Shown: one piece after another, positions 1 to 12,784 of the stretch
Position numbering within the stretch: the first letter of the stretch is position 1
How the letters are laid out: each line of letters opens with the position of its first letter
Assembly (NCBI GenBank): GCA_951406725.2
Contig: OX597830.1
Location: forward strand, 32,488,001-32,552,000
DNA: 64,000 nt
DNA from: Octopus vulgaris
Lineage: Eukaryota
Direction: 5' to 3'
Notes under the pieces: generated by a model
Databases searched by the model: none
What the model was told of the DNA's origin: nothing
The model's input: the letters and a program-made list of their open reading frames with translations, nothing else
Made by a program: the position numbers and the translations under genes

Positions 1-417
1 CAAATAATATACACAAAAAGTTTACAAAAATGTGGTTAAAATACATAAGGAAACATACTGTAGAAAACAAGATAAATATACAACTAAATAAATATAGATA
101 TATATAAACAAAAAAATAAAGTATTTGGTGTAAGATACCCTCGCAACAATACTATATTTTCAGCAGCAGCACCACCATCACCATCATTGAATGGCAATGC
201 ATTTCACCAATCCCTATTGCTACCATTATTGTGAACACAATCTGTATTTTCTACCACCCTCAATAAATAAAGAAATAAAGATACGAAGAAGAAAAGAAAT
301 AAAGAAGTTCAATGTAAAAATCAAAACTTTAAAGGGTAATAATCAAAACGGAAAGTGAAAGTAGAAATTTTTTTTCTTGAAATATTTAATGCTTCAGAGC
401 ATTCATTTTCTTTGCTT

Positions 418-622
<205 letters not shown>

Positions 623-1424
623 TAGTCTTTTCATTTTTTTTTGTACTTTTCTTCTTTTGGTTTATTTCCTTTTTCTGTTATTCTTTCAATTTTTTACGTT
701 GAAAGTTTTTTTACTTGTTTGTTTTAGTTCCTGATTTGGTTTGTTTCTTGTGTGTGTGTGTTAAAATCTGAATATCATAAACTCCAAAACAATAAAAACA
801 AAAAAAAAGAAACCATCTACCTTGCCTACTTCTTCCTGAAGTGCGAAAAATATTTATAAAATCCCCTTATGACAACATAAACTTTACTTTAGTTTGTAAG
901 ATAAATCCTCAAAGCTATTTGATAGCGTGATAGCTGCGAAGCTATACTCAGTTGGATGTCTTAAATTCAATCAGTAGCATGTTTTTTGCCCCAAAAATTT
1001 GTCTCAAAAAATATTTTAAAAAAAAAATGAAAAAAAAGTTATAATAATGTTACAACAATAAATAGTAAAATAATGGTATTAGTTATTGTTGTAATGCTAA
1101 TAGTTGTAAAATATCTGCTATTGTATAAGTTTATGTAAATATTTTTATATTTTTGTATTGTTGTTTTTGTTATTTAGATTTTTTCATTTTTTTTTATATA
1201 TGAAATTTGCTTTCATCTTTTTTTTAGTTTTAGGTTTTATTTTGCTTTATTTTATTTTATTTTATTTTATTTTATTCCATTTTACTTTATTTTATTTTAT
1301 TTATTATTTACTATTATTTTTTTTTTTGTACGTATTCGAAACTGTCTCAAGAAACGTTTTTTGCCTAAAACTATTTATCGTAATAACATTTTAATCTTCC
1401 AATTTCATGCATGGCGTGATGTTT

Positions 1425-1570
1425 AATGATTATGATGATGATGATGATGAAGATGCTGATGATGATGATGATAATAACAGCAACAACAATAACAACAACA
1501 ATAAATTATAGTAACGATAATAACAACAATACAAATAGTAAATTATGACAATACTAACAATAACAATTAC

Positions 1571-1606
<36 letters not shown>

Positions 1607-1746
1607 AATAACAGCAACAACAATAACAACAACAATAAATTATAGTAATAAGGATAATAGTAATAATAAGAATAAGAATACTGATGATGATGATGATGAT
1701 AATAACAGCAACAACAACAACAACAATAATAATGATAGTAATAAGG

Positions 1747-1818
<72 letters not shown>

Positions 1819-1875
1819 TTAATAATGATGATGATGATGATGATGGTGGTGATGTTGGTAAGGAAAATAATAATG
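1425..1875. repeat. Compound (GAT)n/(AAC)n/(AAT)n microsatellite with repeated blocks
   Basis: Direct: the block gatgatgataataacagcaacaaca recurs three times. Confidence 0.9.
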
Positions 1876-2104
1876 TGAATGGTTTCCTGGATATGTGGAA
1901 TACCACAGATTTATGGAGGAGGTGCTATTGTTGATTGAATGAGCCTGAATACTTGGCTGCTAATGGGATATAACTAACACACCACAAGGCATTTTCTTCA
2001 GCACTTTACCAATTCCATCATCCATCCATCCATCCATCCATCCATCGACCTTCTTACTAATTGATTTGTATGCGAGAGGCACTAGGCCAGAAACGATGTT
2101 AGTA

Positions 2105-2290
2105 GAGAGGAGGAGAGAGGGGGAGCAAGAGAGAGAGAAAGAAAGAGAGAGGGAGCAAGACAGAGAGAAGGAAAGAGAAAGAGAGAGGGGGAGAGAGGGA
2201 GAGCAAGAGAGAGAGAAAGAAAGAGAGAGGGAGCAAGACAGAGGGAAGGAAAGAGAAAGAGAGAGGGGGAGCAGGAGGGAGAGAAAGGGT
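2105..2290. repeat. GA-rich tract with ~60-bp periodicity
   Basis: gagcaagagagagagaaagaaagagagagggagcaagacagag occurs at ~2123 and ~2202. Confidence 0.75.
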
Positions 2291-2458
2291 GTATTTGATT
2301 TAATCAGCTTCTGGTAATTTAACTGGTTGTGATGTGAGTTTTTGTTTCTTTTTTTTTATACTTTCATTGACCTTGGGAGGAGGAGGGACAGAAGAATCAA
2401 CCAGTAAGGTGATTTGAACTCAGAATCTAAAGAAATATTAACCCCTTAGCATTCAGAC

Positions 2459-2825
2459 TAGCTATAGTAAAAGACACTTACCCAAGGTGCTACACAGTGG
2501 GACTGAACCGGAAACCATGTGGTTAGGAAGCCAACACTTGCCACACAGCCATACCTGTGCTTATATATATATATATATACATACACACATACATAGTCTT
2601 TTATTCGTTTAGTTGTTTCAGTTATTTGACTGCAGCCATGCTGGAGCACCGCCTTTAATCGAACAAACTGGTCCCAGGACTTATTCTTTGTAAGCCTAGT
2701 ATTTAATTTTCAGTCTTTTTTCACTGAACTGCTAAGTGACGGAGGACGTAAACACACCAACATCGGTTGTCAAGCAATGATGAGGGTACAAACACAAACA
2801 CAAATACAGACACACACACACACAT
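2459..2825 (-). mobile_element. SINE family A fragments (head piece plus tail piece)
   Basis: Reverse complement of family A head (gtggctgtgtggtaag...) and tail (...gctccagcatggccgcagtcaaatgactgaaac). Confidence 0.85.
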
Positions 2826-2915
2826 ATATAGATGGATAGATAGATATATAGATACATAAATATACATACATATATATATACATATATATATATAAATATA
2901 TATATACATATATAC

Positions 2916-2981
<66 letters not shown>

Positions 2982-3056
2982 TTAACAGAATGAGATAAAA
3001 AATCCAAGGTTATTAAAGATTTCAGGACATTTGTAAAAGAATACAGCTGATATATA

Positions 3057-3113
<57 letters not shown>

Positions 3114-3138
3114 GTATATATATATGTATATATATATA

Positions 3139-3482
3139 TATAAGTAAATAAATGGAGTTGAACGCAGATGCTATTCAAATTCTTCTACTTTCGACATATG
3201 TTTCGAATACAACATTGGTTTTATTCCTTTGGAATAAATTGATTTGGAATAAAGCCAATGTTGTCTTCGAAACATATGTCGAAAGTAAAACAATTTGAAT
3301 AGCGTCTGCATTCAACTCCATTTATTTACTTATACTTCACAAATTACTGCACATTAACCCGGAGTTTCTACCTTTGAATTGGTCGCTACATCCTTGTTAC
3401 TTGCGTAAATTTTGCTACCCTAGTAACTGCTTATTGAATTTTCCATGTTAACGGTAAACAAAGGATAATTCATTCATCCATT
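3139..3482 (+). mobile_element. Fold-back Penelope-like pLTR fragment in (TA)n with the 3' half of a hammerhead
   Basis: Inverted arms 3139-3227 / 3246-3334 plus a one-sided tail; GAAA-catatg-TC at 3269-3280 but no CUGAnGA. Confidence 0.65.
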
Positions 3483-3775
3483 TATATATATATATATATA
3501 TATTTACATATACATGGAAAATGAGGAAGGACAGTTTATGAATATTCTCCAGAGGCCTTGGGCTAACAGGTTTTGGGACCTCACTAGATGCCATAAAGCT
3601 AAACCCTTTATGAATGGGAGACCTAAGGTAATCCCATAAAGCAGCCTTCCCCATTTTTTTATATATATATATATATCTTTTAATTGTGCTTCTTCTTTTG
3701 GATTTATGTTATTTGCAGATTATATATATACATACATATACATATATAAACATATATATATATATATATATATAT

Positions 3776-4005
3776 ACCGGAGTAAACACATAAATGTGAA
3801 ACAAGGTGGAAAAAAGAGTACTCAAATACCAGTGGTAGAGTAATATGCTTTATTTTAAGCAGCAGAAAGTTCAACAAATTCTGTTACTCTGAGATTCTCG
3901 TTGCCGTTCATCAGACAGTTTTTGCTAAAACTGTCTGATGAACGGCAACGAGAATCTCAGAGTAACAGATTTTGTTGAACTTTCTGCTGCTTAAAATAAA
4001 GTATA
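3776..4005 (-). mobile_element. Fold-back Penelope-like pLTR fragment in (TA)n
   Basis: Near-perfect inverted arms ~3843-3922 / 3927-4005, tail 3776-3842, (TA)n on both sides. Confidence 0.75.
3931..3968 (+). ncRNA. Minimal type-I hammerhead ribozyme-like motif (mirror copy 3881-3918 on -)
   Basis: ctgt-CTGATGA-acg gcaa cga-GAAT-ctc a gag-TA-acag; stem I ctgt/acag, GNRA-capped stem II; A15.1 is T in both arms. Confidence 0.65.
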
Positions 4006-4071
4006 TATATATATATATACACACGCTCACACACAGAAACACACAAACACACACACACATATATATATATA

Positions 4072-4185
4072 TCAGATCAGATTGGAGCCTGGTGCAGCCT
4101 CCTGGCTTCCCAGACCCCAGTCGAACCATCCAACCCATGCCAGAAGGAAAGCAGGCATTAAATGATGAAATGTTGATGATGATGA
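4072..4185 (+). mobile_element. Family F: RTE-LINE-type 3' tail ending in (GAT)n
   Basis: cagatcagattggagcctggtgcagcctcctggcttcccag...catccaacccatgc; other copies near 5490, 16740, 28110, 33755, 39895, 45245, 62588. Confidence 0.75.
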
Positions 4186-4224
4186 TGTTATATATATATG
4201 TTATATATATATGTATATATATAA

Positions 4225-4636
4225 GGCGCAGGAGTGGCTGTGTGGTAAGTAGCTTGTTTACCAACCACATGGTTCCTGGTTCAGTCCCATTGCGTGGCAC
4301 CTTGGGCAAGTGTCTTCTACTATAGCCTCGGGCCGACCAAAGCCTTGTGAGTGGATTTGGTAGACAGAAACTGAAAGAAGCCCGTCGTATATATATATAT
4401 ATATATATGCGTGTGTGTGTTTGTGCGTCTGTGTTTGTCCCCCTAGCATTGCTTGACAACCGATGCTGGTGTGTTTATGTCCCCGTCACTTAGCGGTTCG
4501 GCAAAAGAGACCGATAGAATAAGTACTGGGCTTACAAAAGTATAAGTCCCGGGGTCGAGTTGCTTGATTAAAGGTGGTGCTCCAGCATGGCCGCAGTCAA
4601 ATGACTGAAACAAGTAAAAGAGTAAAAGAGTAAGAG
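4225..4636 (+). mobile_element. Full-length tRNA-derived SINE family A with internal (TA)n(TG)n microsatellite
   Basis: A-box-like tggctgtgtggt, B-box-like ggttcagtccc, tail gtaaaagagtaaaagag; about 20 copies or fragments in the window. Confidence 0.9.
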
Positions 4637-5072
4637 TATATATACATATATACATATACATACATACATACATATATGTATCCCTATGAAAAGATGCAAG
4701 CAGATAGAAGCAGATTAAAGCTCCTTTCACAGCAGATTGTGCAATAAGCTCCACGGTACATATAGGGAAAGCATTATATAATTATATCTCAACTGAAAAA
4801 GGCAAACATTAGGACAAAATTTGCTGTGTCTTTAAAAATGCAAATGCAACCAAAACAAAGGCTGAAATTGTTACACATATTTCTCTGACTATACATTTGT
4901 GTTGCTGCACATAGGTCAAATAAGTGCAACAGTCAAGCAGGGCACATTTGTCATGATGCGGACACATGGCAAATAGCGACTTTCATGTTGCAGTATGGGT
5001 GAATGGCCAAAGTAGGCTTAACACAAAGTAACCTGCGGTTAGAGAGCTTAAAAATAGACCTGTGCGTCTTAA

Positions 5073-6115
5073 CCATTTAGCATTTAAACTGACCAAATCC
5101 AACCCAAATAGTCTACATGTTTTATGCTCAAACTGACCGGATCCAGCCTCTCATACCTATGCTACAATGTCATTCTAAAACAATCACTTTATCGAAATCT
5201 CTAAGCTACAAGATAAATTCATGATTAATTCAAAACAATGGGAATAGATAAGCTTTGCATTTAATAGAGTAATTTGAACACTAAAAGCACTGAATTGGCC
5301 ACATTCGGCCCAAATATTCTTCTTGTTTTATGCACAAACTGGCCAAGATCTGGCCTCTCACATCTACCCTACAATGTCAGTCTAAAAATAATCACATCAT
5401 TGAAATCTTTAAGCTACAAGATAAATTCCAGATTAATTCAAAACAATGAACACAACTACAATTTCTATTTGATTTTTATTTTGAAGTACATCAACATCAA
5501 AATAAAAATCAAATGGAAATTGTAGCTGTGATACCTGGGCTGGAGGCACATAAAAAGCACCATCCGAACATGGCCGATGCCAGCGCTGCCTTGACTGGCA
5601 TCTGTGCCGGTAGCACGTAAAAAGAACCAACTGATCGTGGCCGTTTCCAGCCTCTTCTGGCCCCTGTGCTGGTGGCACATAAAAAGCACCCACTACACTC
5701 ACGGAGTGGATGACGTTAGGAAGGGCATCCAGCTGTAGAAACACTGCCAGATCAGACTGTAGCCTGGTGCAGCCTCCTGGCTTTCCAGAACCGTCCAACC
5801 CATGCTAGCATGGAATACGGATGTTAAACGATGATGATAATGATGATGATGATGAGGAATGTGAATAAATAAGCATTGCATTTAATAGAGTAATCTGAAC
5901 ACTAAAGCACTGAATTGGCCATATCCAGACCAAATATTCTTTTTGCTTTATTCACAAACTGACCAAGAACTGGCCTCTTGCATCTACACTATAGTGTCAT
6001 TCTAAAAATAATCACATCAGCAAAATCTCAAAGCTATGAGATAATGCATGATTAATTCAAAACAATGTGAATAATTAAGTGTTACATATGGCAGAGTAAT
6101 CTATATGCTAAAGGG
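5073..6115. mobile_element. piggyBac-type MITE amplified into three tandem ~215-bp units, interrupted by a family F tail (~5490-5855)
   Basis: TTAA at 5069-5072 and 6116-6119; TIR ccatttagcat / atgctaaaggg; internal unit repeats three times. Confidence 0.7.
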
Positions 6116-6294
6116 TTAATCAATACTGCAAAGCATTTTCTTAGCTTCTCTCTGATTGTTATAATCCCTTTGTCTATCTCATGCCTCTTTAAATATAATC
6201 TCATATACAGGCAATGAGCAAGTGGTTATGTTATGTACGTGGTTTAGGGAGTTGGTTAAACTGCTCTCAGTATACAACTGGTACTTTTGTTTGC

Positions 6295-6612
6295 CTTGCT
6301 CTCCATCAGTTATGACAAGGAGTGTTCCAGGTGATTCAACCAATGGAAAAGCTTGCTCATGAAATTAATATGTAAGTGGTGGCTGAGTACTCCACAGACA
6401 CATGTATACTTAATGTAGTTCTCAGAGAGATTCAGCATGGCACAGAATTTGACAAGGTTGGCCCTATGAATTACAGGTACAATTTATTTTTGCCAGCCAA
6501 GTGGGACAGAAGCAATGAGAAATAAAGCATCTTGCTTAAGGTCACAATGTACTGACAGGAGTCAAACTCATGATTGTCAGCTCAATACTCCAGCCATTAA
6601 TCCACATGTCTT
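6295..6612 (-). mobile_element. tRNA/CORE-like SINE family E (degenerate)
   Basis: Homologous to 10940-11249 and 34305-34553. Confidence 0.7.
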
Positions 6613-6719
6613 CTTTTGTTTACTGCCCTTTAGAGGATAAAACAATTAAAGGCAAAATTGCTCTTGCTGGAATTTGAACTCAAATGTTTTTTTTTATCCT
6701 GTGAATTCACTACCGTTCA

Positions 6720-7135
6720 CCTTATCATCATCATCATCATCATCATCACCCCCACAACCACCATAATCATCATTGCTACTACCAACGCCACCATCATCCC
6801 TATCACCACTACCACCACCACCACCACCACCACCACCACCACCACTACCACCACTCCCACCATAATCATCTTTATCTTAATCATCACCTTCATCATCAAA
6901 ACTACCACCACCACCATCACCACCACTATCATAATCATCACTGTCATCATCATTCTTACCATCATCATTTCATTGTCAACATCATCATCACCACCACCGC
7001 CACTACCACCATCACCACCACAACCACCACTACCATCATAATCGTAACCGTCATCATCATTCTTATCATTGTCATTTCATTGCAACATCATCATCATCAT
7101 CGTCACCATCCTCATCAACAACACTACCTCCTCCT
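6720..7135. repeat. (CAT)n/(CAC)n compound microsatellite
   Basis: Direct. Confidence 0.9.
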
Positions 7136-7345
7136 GATTTGGCTGCTATTTCTAACATACCCCATGACTAAACACAGACTTCCTCATTGCTTGGTCAGGC
7201 TGGATATCTTTTGGTAGGAGGTGGAGAAAGTTTAATAATGTGAAGGTGACTCAACAGGAGATTGAACCTCTGTTGCAGATTCTCTCTGATGACAGCTTAA
7301 TATAATTAGTCATACACACACATGTACACATGCCTATACATTATA

Positions 7346-7790
7346 TGGCTGTGTGGTAAGAAGCTTACTTCCCAACTACATGGTTCTGGGTTCAGACTCT
7401 GTGCATGGTGTCTTAGGCAATTATCTTCTTCTATAGACTTAAGCTGACCAAGGCATTGTGAGTGGATTTGGTAGACGGAAACCGAAAGAAGCCTGTCATA
7501 TATGTATATACTTATAAATATTCAAAATGTGACCGCATGTGTACCGTTGGCAATTTTTTTTCCTCTGTCTTCACTTCTCTGGATCTTTCCTTCTCCTGTT
7601 TCCGACGAAGAGCTCCGCTCGAAACGTTAAACCCTCCTTCTTCCCTTCCTTCCTGAGCGTCCAATAATACTATATTTGTTCCACGTCCTCGTGTTGTTGT
7701 GTTTTCTCTTTGTGTTTTCATGTTTGGATTAACTATATATATATATAAATACAAGTGTGTTTGTATGTGAGTGTATGAGTGTGTGTGTGA

Positions 7791-7845
<55 letters not shown>

Positions 7846-8068
7846 TCCCCCACCACCACTTGAGAACCAGTGTTGGTGTGTTTACGTACCTTGTAACTTA
7901 GCAGCCCAGCGAAAGGTGATTGATAAAGATAATACCAGGCTTAACTGAAAAGAAAGAAAAAAAAACATAATTAGTGCTGTTGATTCATTCAATGAAAAAT
8001 TCTTCTGCAGTGTGTCCCAACATGGCCACAGTTTAATGACTGATACAAGTAATGGATAAAAGGCAAAA
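7346..8068 (+). mobile_element. SINE family A with a nested HHR element in its central microsatellite
   Basis: Head 7346-7500, tail ~7842-8068, foreign insert ~7526-7735. Confidence 0.8.
7598..7632 (+). ncRNA. Minimal type-I hammerhead motif in a Penelope-like fragment (7526-7735)
   Basis: gttt-CCGACGA-a-gagc tcc gctc-GAAA-cg-TT-aaac; stems I and II pair, palindromic ACGT stem III; U4>C substitution. Confidence 0.7.
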
Positions 8069-8093
8069 TATACATACATGTGTATGCACACAC

Positions 8094-8180
8094 CATCATC
8101 GTCGTCATCATCATCATCATCATTATCATCATTGTCATCATCATCATCTTGCCATCATCATCATCATTGTTGTCATTCTT

Positions 8181-8212
<32 letters not shown>

Positions 8213-8860
8213 TGTCATCATCATCATCATTGTCATCATCACTATCATCATTGTTGTCATTTTTATCATCATCATCATCCTCATCGTCATTATCACCATC
8301 GATTTCAGTTCGTATCTGCTTTCCATGCTAGCATGGGTTGGATAAATTTTCATGGTACAAACCAGTTCTTATTCAATCTTACTGCATATGCGGTCAGTTC
8401 AGAAGAAGAAGACCATGTCTTGGCTGTAAGCACACACACACACACACACACACCCAATTATACACACGCACACACAGACACACACAAACACACACATACA
8501 AACGTGTACACATACATAAATATGCAAATACATATGCACACATACATACACACACATGCACATATATACATATATATATATATATATATAAACAAACACA
8601 TTTATAAAACACCATCATCACTACCACTGCAACCATCATAACCACCACCACCACCACCATCATCATCACCAACATTATTACAACCATCCCCATCACCACC
8701 ACCACCACCACCACCACCACCATCAGCATCATCATCATAACAACCACCACCACCACCACCACCACCACCACCACCAAAACCACCACCACCACCAAAACCA
8801 CCACCACCACCATCACCACCACCACCACCACCACCACCACACACACATCAACCAGCATCA
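8094..8860. repeat. (CAT)n, (CA)n, (TA)n and (CAC)n microsatellite cluster
   Basis: Direct. Confidence 0.9.
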
Positions 8861-9164
8861 CCGCACATGTGTTACTGGTTTTGTTATTTATATTTCCTTT
8901 TATTTTTACTTGTTTGTTTTCATTTTGTTTCTCATGTCCACATTGGGGAAACCATCAAATTACTTGTGTATTAGACGGTCAATTGGCCATAACTCGAGAC
9001 TATGTGCGTGTGTGTGTGTGTTTGTTAATTACTTTTAGTGATTGGGTGAGGAGAAAGAGAAGGGAAGTGAGGGAGTGATGGTGAGTTGTAGCGATAGCGA
9101 TGGCAATGATGCTGAGGGTAATGATGAGAGGTGATGATGCTGATTGTGATGATAGTGACCATGA

Positions 9165-10280
<1,116 letters not shown>

Positions 10281-10529
10281 TATGTTGTGTGTGTGTAGCT
10301 TTCCTCATTTCTTTCTGCTCTTTCTTTCTCTCTATATTCATTCTCTCTTTCGCTTTTTCTTCTCTTACTGCCTCCTTCTTTCTTATCGCTATTTGCAGCC
10401 TATATTCTCAATGGGTGAGGAATTTTACAACCTAATTCGGTTCCTTCATTTATAAAGACTATTTCATACCAATGCTATTAAGTTTAAACATTACAGAAGG
10501 GCAAATCCTTGACGTCATTAACCCACTCA

Positions 10530-10845
10530 TCTATGACCCCCATCTCCAAACCAAAACACAAACTCAGACTACAAAACCTGGTCACTATTCTACCCCTAGA
10601 CCTACCACAAAATCTGCAGTGGGGCTTCAACAGCACACCCAAAAATTCCCTCTCACATGTACCATTCCAACTACCCTTGAAATCAGCAAAGCTTTCAACT
10701 CAATCCCTGCAAGCAAACTACCAGTTAAAATCTCATATCTTCATAGAACAATGCTTTTAGAACCAATAATTCTTCTCCTGACTCAACAGTGTACCACAGG
10801 GGTCTGTCCTCTCACCCATTCTTTCCAGTCTATTCTTATGCAATA
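10530..10845 (+). pseudogene. Decayed CR1/L2/Jockey-group LINE reverse transcriptase fragment
   Basis: Across frames: QWGF, LEISKAFNSIP (cf. LDISKAFDSVP) and SVPQGSVLSPIL; frameshifted. Confidence 0.7.
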
Positions 10846-10939
10846 AGCCCTCACCTCTACAAAGCATACAGCTACATTTCTGCGATGCTAAGTTTTAGAA
10901 TTCTGTAAATGATAATAATTTTTTTTTTAATAGGCATAG

Positions 10940-11249
10940 AGGAGCACTCTGTTTGTTACGAGCTGGTAATATCAATGAAACAGCTTGGTCATGAAATTAA
11001 TATGCAAGTGGCTGAGCACTCCACAGACACATGTACCCTTGATGTAGTTCTCAGGGAGATTCAGCGTGACTCTGAGTGTGACAGGTCTGGCCCTTTGAAA
11101 TACAGGTACTACTCAATTTTGCCAGCTTAGTGGACTGGAGCAATGTGAAAATAAAGTGTCTTGCTGAAGGATATGACATGTCACCGGGAATTGAACTCAT
11201 GACCTTACCTTCATGAGCCAAATGTCCTAACCACTAAGCCATGCGCCTT
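10940..11249 (-). mobile_element. tRNA/CORE-like SINE family E
   Basis: Minus-strand head aaggcgcatggcttagtggttagg...gagttcaattccc followed by ttgctccagtccac core. Confidence 0.8.
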
Positions 11250-11519
11250 ATAAGCGATCACCATGTATTGACTAAAGAAAATAGTCTAATACTGGAGCTT
11301 ATAAACCCTCAACAGAAGAAAGTGGGTTTTCTGTATGTGTGGGACATGAACCCACACCTTTATGTTTTTGCAACAAGTGTGCTACCACTACACCAATGTA
11401 CCCACTTCTTTCCATCAGATTTAAGAACTATAATTCCATAATGTTGTTTTTATAAACAAAGGTGCTCTTTCTTCTAATGATTTTGATAAGCGCTACTAAG
11501 TTTTACAATTCTGTAGATA

Positions 11520-11692
11520 ACCCTTTCTACTAAAGGCACAAGGCCTGAAACATTGGTACTTAATTTATCGACCCTGAAAGGATGAAGGACAAAGTCAACC
11601 TTGGCAGAATTTAAACTCAGAATGTAAAGACAGACAAAATGCCGTTAAGCATTTCACCCAGCGTGTTAATGGTTCTGCCAGCTCGCCACCTT
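11520..11692 (-). mobile_element. SINE family B (internally deleted)
   Basis: Reverse complement of ggtggcgagctggcagaa...ctgagttcaaattc. Confidence 0.8.
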
Positions 11693-12512
11693 GCAGTTCT
11701 GAAAATAATAGTACAAGTCATAATATAAGAAGGTCACATTATCCTACCATTCTTGAGATAATTCTTGTGATAACCACTTCTGACTTTATATAAACTACCA
11801 AAAAAATCTGGATTCAGAACAACTGGCTTAAAGTGACATCAACTAAATATAGTGTCTCCCTTCTTTCTAGAAATATTAGCCCTTTAACTGTGAAATTAAA
11901 CTTCATGTTTATTCCAGGAATGATGTTAAAATATCTACCAAAACCAAAAAAAAAAAAAGCAAAACAGAATTGGGATTTACTGTAAGTGACATTACCTCAA
12001 TAAACTTGACATATCACAAAAAAAAGAAAGAGGAAAAAGTTTCAAACATAACATTCCTCAACAAAAAATAGATTGGTAAATAAAAACTGCTTTTGGTAAT
12101 TAAGGATAATGAAATTTTGAGTGAATATGTCTGATTTCCGCAGTAAACGGATCAGAGAACATCTCAAATATCCAACCATCACATTCAATAGTGAAGACAC
12201 ATGGCATGAAGCTAAGGGTGTTCACCACATGATCATAATGCCATGGACACTAGGGAACACATTGTGTTCTTAAGCAAGGTACTTTATTTCATGTGGCAAT
12301 TAAAAAAACGTCGGAGAAAACTTACATTTTGAATTACATATGCATAGGGGTATGGGGCCACCATAATCAACACTATACGCAACTACAACACTTCTACATC
12401 ACACCCAGAGTTGGATTAAGACCCATAGAAGCCCTAAGCTCTTAAAAGATTTTGGTGCTCCCATAGATATATAATTCAAAATATAAACAATAATAAACCA
12501 TAAAATAATTTT

Positions 12513-12784
12513 TTTACATTATTTACATTATTCACATTTGACGGATATTTGTCCTCATCTTGTTTGTTGTTAACACAATGTTTCAGCTGATATACCCCCA
12601 GCCTTCATCAGGTGTCTTGGGGAAATTTCGAACCTGAGTTCTCATTCCTAAGGTATTTTTCGATGCTATTATTATTATTATTATTATTATTACTATTATT
12701 CAAGTCACTGCCTGGAATCAAATTCAGAATCTTGGGGTTAGTAGCCCGTGCTCTTAACCACTATGCCATATGCCCGTGGGCATA
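12513..12784 (-). mobile_element. Chimeric retroposon: tRNA-like head + (AAT)n + hammerhead-bearing tail (copy 1)
   Basis: Minus strand: ggcatagtggttaagagcacgggctactaaccccaagatt...gattccaggc, then (aat)n, then HHR; second copy at 31359-32110. Confidence 0.75.
12572..12616 (-). ncRNA. Type-I hammerhead ribozyme motif
   Basis: gacac-CTGATGA-a-ggctg ggggtatat cagct-GAAA-ca-TT-gtgtt; intact core, stems I and II pair. Confidence 0.75.

Noticed and set aside
3550-3600. Possible decayed HHR (ctagtga...caaaacctgtt) on minus
   Set aside because: Too many core mismatches to support by eye
11330-11405. tRNA-like sequence on the minus strand
   Set aside because: A/B-box remnants only and no clean cloverleaf; probably an old SINE head
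12701-12775. Functional tRNA gene with ACT anticodon
   Set aside because: Acceptor stem and T-loop are degenerate and it recurs as part of a repeat; treated as a SINE head
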